Shown: one piece after another, positions 12,671 to 26,618 of the stretch
Layout of the letters: each line of letters begins with the position of its first letter
Numbering within the stretch: the first letter of the stretch is position 1
Origin: the human T2T-CHM13v2.0 reference genome, Homo sapiens
NCBI RefSeq assembly: GCF_009914755.1
Contig: NC_060929.1
Length of the DNA: 64,000 nt
Reading direction: 5' to 3' (one strand)
The notes under the pieces: model-generated
Seen by the model: only the letters and a program-made list of their open reading frames with translations
Database searches by the model: none
Told to the model about the DNA's origin: nothing
Made by a program: the position numbers and the translations under genes

Positions 12671-15600
12671 GCCTTTTCTGTGTCTACTGAGATAATCACG
12701 TGGTTTTTGTCTTTGGTTCTTTGTATGTGATGGATTACGTTTATTGATTTGTGTATGTTGAACCAGCCTTGCATCTCAGGGATGAAGCTAACTTGATCTT
12801 GGTGGATAAGCTTTTTGATGTGCTGCTGGATTCGCTTTGCCAGTATTTTATTGAGGATTTTTGCATCGATGCTCATCAGGGATATTGGTCTAAAATTCTC
12901 TTTTTTTGTTGTGTCTCTGCCAGGCTTTGGTATCAGGATGATGCTGGCCTCATAAAATGAGTTAGGGAGGATTCTCTCTTTTTCTATTGATTGGAATAGT
13001 TTCAGAAGGAATGGTACCAGCTCCTCCTTGTACCTCTGGTAGAATTCGGCTGTGAATCCATCTGTTCCTGGGCTTTTTTTGGTTTGTAGGCTATTAATTA
13101 TTGCCTCAATTTCAGAGCCTGTCATTGGTCTATTCAGAGATTCAACTTCTTCCTGGTTTAGTCTTGGGAGGGTGTATGTGTCAAGGAATTTATTCATTTC
13201 TTCTAGATTTTCTAGTTTATTTGCGTAGAGGTGTTTATAGTATTCTCTTTTGGTAGTTTGTATTTCTGTGGGATTGGTAGTGATATACCCTTTATCATTT
13301 TTTATTACATCTATTTGATTCTTCTCTCTTTTCTTCTTTATTAGTCTTGCTAGCGGTCTATCAATTTTTGTTGATCTTTTCAAAAAACCAGCTGCTGGAT
13401 TCATTGATTTTTTGAAGGGATTTTTGTGTCTCTATCTCCTTCAGTTCTTATCTGATCTTAGTTATTTCTTGCCTTCTGCTAGCTTTTGAATGTGTTTACT
13501 CTCGTTTCTCTAATTCTTTTAATTGTGATGCTAGGGTGTCAATTTTAGATCTTTCCCACTTTCTCTTGTGGGCTTTTAGTGCTATAAATTTCCCTCTGCA
13601 CACTGCTTTAAATGTGTCCCAGTGATTCTGGTATGTTGTGTCTTTGTTCTCATTGGTTTCAAAGAACATCTTTATTTCTGCCTTCATTTCATTATGTACC
13701 CAGTAGTCATTCAGTTGCAGGTTGTTCAGTTTCCATGTAGTTGAGCCGTTTTGAGTGAGCTTCTTAATCCTGAGTTCTAGTTTGATTGCAATGTGGTCTG
13801 AGAGACAGTTTGTTATAATTTCTGTTCTTTTACATTTGCTGAGGAGTGCTTTACTTCAAACTATGTGGTCAATTTTGGAATAAGTATTATGTGGTGCTGA
13901 GAAGAATGTATATTCTGTTGATTTGGAATGGAGAGTTCTGTAGATGTCTATTAGGTCCACTTGGTGCAGAGCTGAGTTCGATTCCTGGATATCCTTGTTA
14001 ACTTTCTGTCTCATTGATCTGTGGGGTGTTAAAGTCTCCCATTATTATTGTGTGGGAGTCTAAGTCTCTTTGTAGGTCTCTAAGGACTTGCTTTATGAAT
14101 CTTGGTGCTCCTATATTGGGTGCATAAATATTTAAGATAGTTAGCTCTTCTTGTTGAATTGACCCCTTTACCATGATGTAATGGCCTTCTTTGTCTCTTT
14201 TGATCTTTGTTGGTTTAACGTCTGTTTTATCAGAGACTAGGATTGCAACCCCTACCTTTTTTTGTTTTCCATTTGCTTGGTAGATCTTCCTCCATCCCTT
14301 TATTTTGAGCCTATGTGTGTCTCTGCATGTGAGATGGGTTTCCTGAATACAGCACACTGATGGGTCTTGACTCTTTATCCAATTTGCCGTCTGTGTCTTT
14401 TAATTGGAGAATTTAGCCCATTTACATTTAAGGTTAGTATTGTTATGTATGAATTTGATGCTGTCATTATGATGATAGCTGGTTATTTTGCACGTTAGTT
14501 GATGCAGTTTCTTCCTAGCCTTGATGGTCTTTACAATTTGGCATGTTTTTGCAATGGCTGGTACCAGTTGTTGTTTTCCATGTTTAGTGCTTCCCTCAGG
14601 AGCTCTTGTAGGGCAGGCCTGGTGGTGACAAAAATCCCTCAGCATTTGCTTGTCTGTAAAGTATTTTATTTCTCCTTCACTTATGAAGCTTAGTTTGGCT
14701 GGATATGAAATCCTGGGTTGAAAATTCTTTTCTTTAAGAATGTTGAATGTTGGCCCCCACTCTCTTCTGGCTTGTAGAGTTTCTCCCATGAGATCCATTG
14801 TTAGTCTGATGGGCTTCCCTTTGTGGGTAACCAGACCTTTCTCTCTGGCTGCCCTTAACATTTTTTCCTTCATTTCAACTTTGGTGAATCTGACAATTAT
14901 GTGTCTTGGAGTTGCTCTTCTTGAGGAGTGTCTTTGTGGCATTCTCTGTATTTCCTGAATTTGAATGTTGGCCTGCCTTGCTAGGTTGGGGAAGTTCTCC
15001 TAGATAATATCCTGAAGAGTGTTTTCCAGCTTGGTTCCATTCTCCCCATCACTTTCAGGTACACCAATCAGACGAAGATTTGGTCTTTTCACATAGTCTT
15101 ATATTTCTTGGAGGCTTTGTTCACTTCTTTTTACTCTTTTATCTCAGAACTTCTCTTCTCACTTCATTTCATTCATTTGATCTTCAATCACTGATACCCT
15201 TTCTTCCAGTTCATCGAATCAGCTACTGAAGCTTGTGCATTCATCACGTAGTTCTCTTGCCATGGTTTTCAGCTGCATCAGGTCGTTTAAGGACTTATCT
15301 ACACTGGTTATTCTAATTCGCCATCCATCTAATCTTTTTTAATGTTTTTAACTTCTTTGCATTGGGTTCAAACTTCCTCCTTTAGCTCAGAGAAGTTTCA
15401 TCATCTGAAGACTTCTTCTCTCATCTCATCAAAGTCATTCTCCATCCAGCTTTGTTCCATTACTGGAGAGGAGCTGCATTCCTTTGGAGGGGGAAATGTG
15501 CTCTGATTTTTAGAATTTTCAGCTTTTCTGCTCTGTTTTTTCCCCACCTTTGTGGTTTTATCTACCTTTGTTCTTTGATGATGGTGATGTACAGATGGGG

Positions 15601-16544
15601 TTTTGGTGTGGATGTCCTTTCTGTTTGTCAGTTTTCCTTCTAACAGTCAGAACACTCAGCTGCAGGTCTGTTGGAGTTTGCTGGATGTCCACTCCAGACC
15701 GTGTTTGCCTGGGTATCAGCAGTGGAGGCTGCAGAACAGAGAATATTGCTGAACTGCAAATGTTGCTGCCTGATCTTTCCTCTGGAAGCTTCATCTCAGA
15801 GGGGTACCTGGTTGTGTGAGGTGGCAGTCTGCCCCTACTAGGGGGTGCCTCCCAGTTAGGCTACTTGGGGGTCCGGGTGCCACTTGAGGAGGCAGTCTGT
15901 CTGTTCTCAGATCTCCAGCTGCATGCTGGGAGAACCACTACTCTCTTCAAAACTGTCAGATAGGGACCTTTACGTCTGCGGAAGTTTCTGCTGCCTTTTG
16001 TACAGCTATGCCCTGTCCTCAGAGGTGGATTCTACAGAGGCATGCAGGCCTCCTTGAGCTGTGGTGGGCTTTATTTACCTACTCAAGCCTCAGCAATGGC
16101 GGGTGCCCCTCCCCCAGCCTCACTGCCACCTTGCAGTTTGATCTCAGACTGCTGTGCTAGCAATGAGTGAGGCTCCATGGGAATGGGACCCTCCAAGCCA
16201 GGCGGGGGATATAATCTCCTGGTGTGCCACTTGCTAAGACCATTGGAAAAGTGCAGGGAGTGACCCAATTTTCCAGGTGCCGTCTGTCACCCCCTCCCTT
16301 GGCTAGGAAAGGGAATTCCCTGACCCCTTGCACTTCCCGGGTGAGGCAATGCCTCATGCTGCTTCAGCTCACACTTGATGGGCTGCACCTACTGTCCCGC
16401 CCCCACTGTCCAATGAACTCCAGTGAGATGAACCCCTGTACCTCAGTTGGGAATGCAGAAATCACCTGTCTTCTGCATCACTCATGCTGGGGGCTAGATG
16501 TAGACTAGAGCTGTTCCTATTCTACCATCTTGGAACTGCCTCCC
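12671..16544 (-). mobile_element. LINE-1, L1PA5-7-like, 5' end intact and 3'-truncated within the RT region
   Basis: The 5' end reads GGGAGGCAGTTCCAAGATGG. ORF1 and ORF2 fragments are in the ORF track (12646..13404, 13998..14357, 14400..14942). Homology stops at IISVDTEKA and there is no poly-A. Confidence 0.96.
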
Positions 16545-17336
16545 ATATGTGCCCATTCCAATTTTCACAGCCCAACTCTCTCTCAGTAAATACATTTCCT
16601 TTCACATAAGAGAACTACAGAGTATTCAAATTCAACTCTGTATAATGCAAAAACTCCAAAGTTAAATCTTTTAGTTTGATTATTAGTTACTTTAAGTTTT
16701 GAAGCTGCAAATGACAAAATATTATTCAGCATTAGATGGAAACTTTTGTTTTTCTAACACTGACTTTAGCCAAGATTTCAGAACTTTACATGATCATACT
16801 CTTCTTTAGGCTCTCCAGCACAGTTGGAAATAAGCAGACAATCTCACAGTCCTTGAATTCTCAAGCTTAGCAAGTTCCACACTTAGCAGCACTTGAAATC
16901 TAAGGCCTTCCCATCAATGACACTTCATTCTAAATGATATTTGAATTAGTTGCCTGGTCATTACATGCTTTCAAATGCCATTAGCTGTATCATCCTGGCC
17001 TTTCTCTTTGATGAAGAAGTTCCACTATGCCCCTAGAATAATCCCACATTTAATTTTGTGGATGTCCTTCTTCTTTCACTACCTACATACTACCATGTCA
17101 CTTGTGACTGTTAATAGCAAAGAAGACAATCCATTCTGGCAAGTTTAGCCAGACAAGAAAACAAATCATCATATGGGCTAGAGAAGAAAATAATTCTACA
17201 TAGCCAAGATCAACATTGTAAAACTACATTTAAAAAAACAAACAAACAAAAAACTGACCTAAAGAGTATATTACCACTGTAGCCATTGCGTCCACCAAGC
17301 ATAAGATGCCAGGAATCCAAAAATATTAAAATTATC

Positions 17337-17583
17337 GACCAGGTGCATTGTCTCATGCCTGTAATCCCAGCACGTTGGGAGGCTGAGGTGGGAGGATCAT
17401 GAGGTCAAGAGATCAATACCATCCTGGCCAACATGGTGAAACCCCATCTCTACTAAAAATACAAAAATTAGCTGGGCGTGGTAGCACATGACTGTAGTCC
17501 CAGCTACTCGGGAGGCTGAGGCAGGAGAATTGCTTGAACCTGGGAGGCCAAAAAAAGAAAAAAATAAAAATAAAAATAAAAAT
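17337..17583 (+). mobile_element. AluSc-like SINE missing the distal right arm
   Basis: Contains GAGGTCAAGAGATC. Jumps from CTGGGAGGC straight to the A-tail. TSD AAATTATC at 17329-17336 and 17584-17591. Confidence 0.92.
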
Positions 17584-18724
17584 AAATTATCCTACAGAAA
17601 GCACCAAGCCTTTTTGTATCAGGAAGTGAACCTTGAAATCACTGCAACTCACAAAAATCAGAGGCCTTTATTATCACCTATATTAGCAAAACTGGAAAAT
17701 CCTCAGAGCCCATTTTCTCTTCATGTTAACTGATGAATAAGGGTGTTAAATGGGTGCTTGTGTGACTGTCAGAGGCTAGCTTAAGTAGTTGTGTTATACT
17801 TGGGTGGGAAGACATCACACATAATTCAGTTAATTTCCCAAATATAAAAGTAGGACAAATGCACATAATAGCATATGTATTTCTTTTTTAATGAACTAAC
17901 TGTTCAGGTCATTGATTTCCATTTTCTATTTAGAGTTCCTTAGTAACATTTCCCAATTTGTCTTTTGTCTTGTGACATTGTTTATAACCAAAAATTATTT
18001 TGGTTTTCAGATTAACCAGCCTTAAAAAACAAATCTTATGCTTTTGTTTAAAAAACATTTAAAGTAAAGATATTTTATGTTTTCTTCTAGTATTTTTTGC
18101 TTTGTCTTCTTATGTTTGAATCTTTGATGCATTTGCAAACTTAATCTAATTATTATGACTCACTTTCCTTTCAAATTAAACCATCCTTTATTTCAGAATA
18201 TCACGCTGCTTCCACATTTTTGGGAATAAAGTAATCCAGTCACTTAAATAAATTACTCATGTATTATTTTTAAAAATTCTGTGCTGTTTCCCTTATTTCA
18301 AACTGCCTCAAAGAAGTGATATATCTAATTAAAGTTATGTGGAATGGTGGCTAACAAAACACACAAACAGAAAAGGAAAATTAAGTAATCTGAATAGTTA
18401 GCCTGATGGAAGTAAATATTTCATAGCTGAACTGAATCTCATGAGATCCAGTTTGTGTTTGCATTTTAGAGATGAAGCAATTTATAGAAGGTGAAATCAG
18501 AGATATAAAAGTCCTTATACATGAAATTTTATCTCAACCTTTACAAGGAGGGAGTGGGAAAGGGATGAGGAGGACATTTTTCACAATAATGATGTGAAAG
18601 TCTTAATTTTTATTCAAGTGTTTGAATTTATGCAGTTTTATCTCCAAATAGAGTCAATATATTATTTTACATGGCATTTTAACAGTTGTGTTTAAATATT
18701 TAAAGGAATAAATTTTAAAAGTTA

Positions 18725-19025
<301 letters not shown>

Positions 19026-19054
19026 AAAAGTTATATAAAAGTAACTAGTCTCTA

Positions 19055-21470
19055 TGATATAGTTTGGCAGTGTCCCCACCAAATCTCATCTATCTCATCT
19101 TGAATTGTAGCTCCCATAACTCCCACAGGTCATGGGAGGGACCCAGTGGGAGGTAACTAAATCATGGGGGTGGGTCTTTCCCATGCTTTTCTCATGATAC
19201 TGAATAAGTCTCATGAAATCTGATGGTTTTATAAAAGGAAATTCCCCAGCACACACTCTGTTGCCTGCTGCCATGTAAGACCTCCCTTTGCTCTTTCTTC
19301 ATTTTCTGCCATGATTGTGAGGCCTCTCCAGCTATGTGGAACTGTGAGTCCATTAAAATTCTTTCCTTTATAAATCACCCAGTGTTAGGTATCTTTATTA
19401 TAAGCATGAGAACAGACTAATACAATAAATAATTGGTACTAGTAGAGTGGGATGCTGCTGTAAAGATACCAAAAAAATGTGGAAGTGACTTTGGAACTGG
19501 GTAACAGAAAAAGGTTGGAACAGTTTGGAGGGCTCAGAAGAAGACAGGAAAACATGGCAAAGTTTGAAACTTCCTAGAGACTTGCAGGACACAGAAGACA
19601 GGAAAATGTGGGAAAGTTTGGAATTTCCTAGATATTTGTTGAATGGCTTTGATCAAAATGCTAATAGTGATATGAACAATAATGTCCAGGCTGAGGTGGT
19701 CTCAGATGGAGATGAGGAATTTGTTAGGAACTGGAGTACAGGTGACTCTTGCTGTACTTTAGCAAAGAGACTGGCAACATTTTGCCCCTTCCCTAGATAT
19801 TTGTGGACCTTTGAACTTGAAAAAGATGATTTAGGGGATCTGGTGGAAGAAATTTCTAAGCAGCAAAGCATTCAAGAGGTGACATGGATGTTATTAAAAG
19901 CATTCAGCTTTATGTATTCACAAAGATATGGTTTGGAATTGAAACATGTTTAAAAGGGAAGCAGAACATAAAAATTTGGAAAATTTGCAGCCTGATGATG
20001 CAGTAGAAAAACAAATAAACAAACAAAAACATTTTCTGAGGAGAATTTCAAGCCAGCTGCAAAAACTTGCATAAGTAACGGGAAGCCAAATGTTAGTCAC
20101 CAAAACAATGGAGAAAACGTCTCCAGAGCACGTCAGAGACCATCCCAGCAGCCCCTCCCATCACAGGACTGGAGGCCAAGGAAGAAAAAATGGTTTTGTG
20201 GATTGGGCCAAGGGCCCCCTGCTCTGTGCAGCCTAGGATCTTGGTGTCCTGCATCCCAGCTGCTCCAGCCATGTCTAAAACAGGCCAAGGTGCAGCTTGG
20301 GCTATGGCTTCAGAGGGTGCAAGCCCTAAGCCTTGGCAGCTTCTACATGGTGTTGAGCCTGCAGGTGCACAGAGTCAAGAACTGAGGTTTGGGAACCTCT
20401 GCCTAGATTCCAGAGGATGTATGGGAATGCCTGCCTTTACAGGCAGAAGTTTGTGGCAGGTAGGAGCCCTCATGGAGAACCTCTGCTAGGGCAGTGTGGA
20501 AGGAAAATGTGGGGTTGAAGCCCCCACAGAGTCCCTGCTGGGGCACTGCCTGGTGAAGCTGTGAGAAGAAGGCCGGCATCCTCCAGACCGCAGAATGGTA
20601 GATCCACCGACAGCTTGCACCATGTTTCTGGAAAAGCCACAGACACTCAACACCAGCCCATGAAAGCAGCCAGGAGTGGGGCTATACCTTGCAAAGCCAC
20701 AGGGGCAGAGCTGCCTGAGACCATGGGAACCCACCTCTGGCATCAGTGTGACCTGGATGTAAGACATGGAGTCAAAGGAGATCATTTCAGAGCCTTAAGA
20801 TTTGAATGCCCTGCTGGAATTTTGTCTTGCATGGGGCCTGTAGCCTCTTCATTTTGGCCAATTTCTCCCATTTGGAACAGGTGTATTTACCAAATGCCTA
20901 CACCCCCATTGTATCTAGGAAGTAACTAACTCCCTTTTGATTTTACAGGCTCATAGGTGGAAGGGACTTGCCTTATCTCAGATGAGACTTTGAACTGTGG
21001 ATTTTTGAGTTAATGCTGAAATGAGTTAAAACTGTGGTGGACTGTTGGGAAGACATGATTTGTTTTGAAATGTGAGGGCATGAGATTCGGGAGGGGCTAA
21101 GGGTGGAATGATATGGTTTGGCTGTGCCCCCCACCCAAATCTCATTTTGAATTGTAACTCTCATAATTTTCACGTGTCATGGAAGCGACCCCCTGGGAGG
21201 TAACTGAATCATGGGGGCAAGTCTTTCCCATGCTGTTCTTGTGATAGCAAATAAGTCTCACAAAACCTGATGGTTTTTATAAAGGGGAGTTCCCTGCACA
21301 CTCTCTGTTGCCTCACTCCATGTAAGCCTTCCCTTTGCTCTTCCTTCATATTACAGCATGATTTTGATGCCTCTAGCCATGTGGAACTGGAGCCCATTAA
21401 ACTTCTTTCCTTTATAAATTAATCAGTCTCGGGTATGTCTCTATTAGCAGCCTGAGAACAGAGTAGCACA
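19055..21470 (+). mobile_element. Complete THE1B-like MaLR provirus (LTR 19055-19424, internal 19425-21108, LTR 21109-21470)
   Basis: Two TG...CA LTRs match the recalled THE1B consensus. The internal region starts AATTGGTACTAGTAGAGTGGG and a purine tract precedes the 3' LTR. Perfect 5-bp TSD CTCTA at 19050-19054 and 21471-21475. Confidence 0.96.
19525..19953 (+). pseudogene. MaLR internal ORF remnant
   Basis: 142-aa ORF with MaLR-type motifs EEDRKMWESLE, QAEVVSDGDEE and LVEEISKQQSIQ. Downstream parts are frameshifted. Confidence 0.75.
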
Positions 21471-21889
21471 CTCTAAAATTAGATATTTATCCATTTATAG
21501 TGTTACTAATATCCTCATTTCTGTTTCATTAAAGGTTGCAGAGAAAACATACTTTAGTTTTACCAGCATGGTAGGTGCTCTATATGTCTTCTTGAAGATG
21601 TGGCAAAATAAAGAAATAAATAGCAACATTATTCTAGTTTCTGATACAAAGCAGCTTGGTTTTTATTCTGGACAATTAATGGTTGGTAAACAAAGTGGTT
21701 AAGTAATAAACCTAGGCATTGTTGTTTATGGAAACTGATAACCAAAAGGGAAAGGCAGATAGATTAGCTTCCCTCAGTGAAGAAAATTAGCAAAAGTAAA
21801 GAGGTCATGAAAAACAAAAACAGAAAATCTTCTGCCTGGAGATGAGACAGGTTTGCATATTCACACTGGTAAGAGGATGTTTGGAAGCA

Positions 21890-22070
21890 GCAGTTTTGAG
21901 CCTCAGCACTATCACTTACTCTTTTTGTGAAACCGAGAATAATCACTTAACCATTTACTTACTTTACAGGAGTTTCCTTTCCTGTAAAGTAGGTAAATAA
22001 TACAGTCTGCCAGTGTTGTACAGTTCAAAAGAAAAGTTTTGGCAGTGCTACAAACTATAAAATAAAATAT
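21890..22070 (+). mobile_element. MIR SINE fragment
   Basis: TCACTTAACC...AGTTTCCTTTCCTGTAAAGTAGGTAAATAATA resembles the MIR core. Confidence 0.5.
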
Positions 22071-22760
22071 GTAAATACTTGTTGTAATGATTGTTGTTGG
22101 TGTTGTTACTATTGTTATATATTATATGAAAGTAATATTTTTTCCTTGACCAAAATGTGCAAAATGAATCCATTTGGAGCTGTGTCTTGTTGTAAAGTGG
22201 AGCTCAGGAAGAACATTACCAAGTCACTCTAATGGGTTAATGAACAGATTTTAATGGCAAAACTTACAAGGTATGTGTTCACAAAAAAGAAAAGCATGTG
22301 TTTCCTAATACCTCCCTTGATTACACAAAGAGGCATGGAAGATCAAGGTGCTCTATTAGACACACAGTGTGGGATCACCATTCAAGGACCTCATCCCACT
22401 GTTGATAGAGAGGAACATTTTTCACAGGAGAATCAAAGATGGCTTACCAACAGGCAGTCTGGATTTCAGTCACCAGCCACATTTTGGAGTGGTAGAGGAA
22501 ACTACCCAGGTTGCAACTTTGGTATCCATGGAAAGCTAGATTTAGGCACAGCTGCCTTATTGGAAAGGGGAGGAAAGAAGAGTGAAATTCAGTGCTAGAA
22601 TAAGGAAAATTGTGTGAAGTTCAAATTACAAACAGTGGAGTCCCTACTTTCATTTTATGCTGTTGGACAAATGTCCCTCTCCCACCCTCGGAGAAAACTG
22701 GAGAGGGTAAAAACCAAAGGTCTTTAGTCTTAGAACTTCAGACTTGATGATACGGGTACC

Positions 22761-22905
22761 CAGGACTGGATACATAGTTTGTGCAACTCAGTGCAAAATT
22801 AAAATGTGAGTCCATCATTCAAAAATTACTAACAATTTCAAGATGGCAGCAGCAGATAATTAAATTAAGCATGAGGCCCTTCCAAGCACAGGGCCCAGTG
22901 TGACA
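22761..22905 (-). mobile_element. MER45A-like hAT-Tip100 DNA transposon fossil
   Basis: CAGGACTGGATACATA...CAGTGCAAAATTAAAATGTG...AATTTCAAGATGGCAGCAGCAG...GCACAGGGCCC matches the reverse of the recalled MER45A. Confidence 0.8.
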
Positions 22906-24949
22906 TCATGGGGAGGTTGACCATACAGGAAATGTACTGAAAATAAAAAGACTAGTGTTTAAACACACAACGAATGCCGAGTACTGAAGCCTTTATTAAA
23001 TGACCATTACCTTTACTCTTGAGAGAGGACATTGAAGGAATATTTTCAAGTGCATATGAGCAGCCCAAGGGTCCTCAAAAGCATGTTACTTAAGATAACC
23101 TTCAAGTGAAGTTCAAAGTCAAAAAGTCCCACACACTTGCTCAGAATGATTAAAATAAAATTTTAATCTCCTTGATCTTAAACAAAATAAACAACTAAAG
23201 ATTGCCAAACACCCCAAACAATTATTTAATATGGAAAGAGAAACCAAAACAGAAGAGACATGATTTGTTAGTAATAAATATACAGAGAGAAGAAATTTTA
23301 CAAGAAATTATTATAAAAATCCTGAGAGTAAAAGATTACATTGCAACTACGAGAAGAACTATGACGAGGACATCCAGGGGAAAAAAAGGAGATCAGATTT
23401 TAAAACATCATAGGATAAATGAAATAGACATTTCAGAAAATACAGTTGAGGAAATCTCACCGAAATTAGAACAGAAAGGCAAAGAGATGGTTATGAGAAC
23501 AGAAAAAAGGTAGTATCAGTGGGTTAGTCCAGGAGGCCCAACATCCAAATAACAGAAATTCCAGAAAGATAAAGAAAATAGAGGGACAAAAATCAACAAT
23601 GAATAACTCAAAAATTCACTAAACTGAAGGCAATTCAAAGTGAGGGCTTCTGCAAGGTTCTCAGCAAAATGGATAAAAACTGACCCATGGCAAAGCACAT
23701 CACTGTGAAATTTCAGAACTCTGTGGAGAAGGAGAAAGTCACACAGGTTTTATAGAAGGGGGAAGGAATATGGAATGGTCAGAAATTAAAATGGCTTCAA
23801 CTTCCTTAATGGAAAAGAAATACCTCCAACATTCTGAAAGAAAATGTTTCCAACCTAGGCCCTATTGAAATGTCAGTTAAATATGAGGATAGAATAAAAA
23901 CATATTAAAATATAAACTGTCTCAAAAAAAATTCCCATGCATCTTTTTTCTCAGCAAGCTCCTGGGGAATGTATTCCCTAAACCGGAGAGAGTAAATCAA
24001 ATTAAAGAGAAGGATATAGGAATAGGAATCATCTTATGTTGAAGAGAGATGCCAGGATGATAAATAGGCTCCAGAAAATAGAGCACATTCAGCTCACATT
24101 GGAGCCATGTGACTTGCTGAGGGCTCCCCTGTGCATGCCTCTGCCTTTGTCCCTTGAACCTGACCTCATGATTCACTAGGACAAAACAAGGCAAAACATC
24201 AGATAAGAGGATGGGGCCAGAAGCAACAGATCCAAGCCAGAAGAGAGGCAGAGGGAATTCAAAGCATAACAGAAAACGAAAGTCCTAGAATGATAGCTCC
24301 ATTTCTGGCCTAGAATGCAATCAATCCAGACCCTCAGAAAGGGGCTTTCCAAGAGACTGTTTCCAAGAAAATAATTGAAATGTCTGTTTAGCTGATGTGA
24401 TTTACCTTATTGAAAAGTGTACTTAAAAGCTATTGAATGATTGGAGGTGTGTGGAGGAAATAGCAATGGAAGCACACAAAAAGAAAAAGCATGAAGATAA
24501 ATAAAAGGCGGGAACAAAAATATTCATAATACACTAAAATTATCAGCTGTGAAAAATAGTTCCATAGGCCAAATACTGTAAACATTGAATATTGACTTAA
24601 CAATAGAGCATAAGGTCAAGTGGGATATATTTTAAAATACAAGGAAATAATTCAACATTAGGAAATATATTCATGCAATTTGCTATTTTATATTAATAGA
24701 GAAAATGTATAATTATCTCCATACATGCTGGAAATATATTTGATAAAAATTTAGCATCCATTTTTTATTAAGGTTACAACAAAAACTCTTCAGTAAGATA
24801 AAAATAAAAGGAAAGTTCTGTCATATTATTATAGTATGGATAAACAACAAAAACATATTTAAGGGTAAAATACAATAGAAATTTCAATGAAAGTAAGAAA
24901 CAAAATGAATCATACCATTACTATTCAATATATTTTAAAGGGTATGAAA

Positions 24950-25416
24950 TGTTTTTGTTATTTTTTTTTTTTTCTGCTCAACATGTAAACCTTGATCCTA
25001 TGATTTGGAAAATTTCCCACAAATAGAAGAACTCTGATTTGTGGAAAAACACACTTTTCCCAATTTCCCTTGCCACTTTGGCATGTTCATATGACCTGGG
25101 CTTAGCCAGTCAGATATTCAAACACAACCTTGAATTGGAAATAGTGCAATGAAGCAAGGACAGAAGAGAAGGCACTGTGGCTTCCCAAGGAACAAAAAGG
25201 CAGTATTGTGGTGCTGGGAATGCCAGCTGTTCAATAGCAATAGCAGTAATATGTTCACCAGATGGATTCATTTTGCATTTGGTTCTGACTGCTTAGTGTA
25301 CTTGTTTTCCAAATGTGGTTCGATAGTTTTCCTTTGAACTATTTTTTATGTTTTGTCAAAATTAACCAGAGTCTGACTTATCCTATTGTTTAAAATCAAG
25401 TACTATGATCATTACA
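24950..25416 (+). mobile_element. Old ERVL-type solo LTR inserted in the L1M
   Basis: Contains TTTTCCCAATTTCCCTTGCC, GCCAGTCAGAT and an AATTAACCAGAGT...TACA end. L1 sequence resumes at TGGAAGTCCT. Confidence 0.45.
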
Positions 25417-26294
25417 TGGAAGTCCTGACAAATAAGAACTTAAATTAGATATTAGAGAGAAACAAAAATCTTCATTAATTGCAACTTATGTGATTTCCTA
25501 CATAGAAAAGCCTGGAATATCAGTAGAAAAACTATTGGAATAAATGAAATAATTTAAGAAAGTGGCCAGTTATAAGACAAATTTACATCTTTTTTAATTT
25601 ACAGAAATAAATGACAAATACTTATTTTAAAATTTCTCTAACAAAGATAAAATAAGGGTATACTTATAAATTTATTTAACTAAAGTTGTGAAGGAAAAGT
25701 TAAAATTTTCTAAGATCCAATAAAATGGCAAGGTATTACAAGATGGAAAGTATTCAACATTACAAAGATGCCAAATCTCCCCAAGTAAATCTTTAAATTT
25801 AATACAATTTCTATTTAAATTCCAAAAGAATTTTATTATAAAAATTGATCTTAAAATATCTGTAAAATGTAAATCAAGACAATAACCAGGGAATTTTTGA
25901 AGAATATTGAAGGAGAATTTGTCCTACTAGATATCATAATATACTACATAGTTGTAATAACTTCAACAGTGTGATATAAGTACAAGAAAAAGCAAATAGT
26001 CTAATGAAAGAATAGAGAGAAAAAGAAGGCATATATACACACAAGAATTTGGCATATAGCAAATATCATATTTCAAAACAGTTAAAAAGAGTTAGATTAT
26101 CCAATAAGTAGCTGTTTGTTTAAGAATCTATCTAGTTTGATAAGTAAATTTAGATGTTTCTCTTATACATTTATCAGACAATAAATTCTAATTCATTAGA
26201 GTTCTAAGGATAAAACTATAACATTGTTCAAATGCTATAGAAGAATTTTAAAGTTATTTTTGGTATAGAAAAGCCTTCATAGGCATAAAATTTA

Positions 26295-26618
<324 letters not shown>

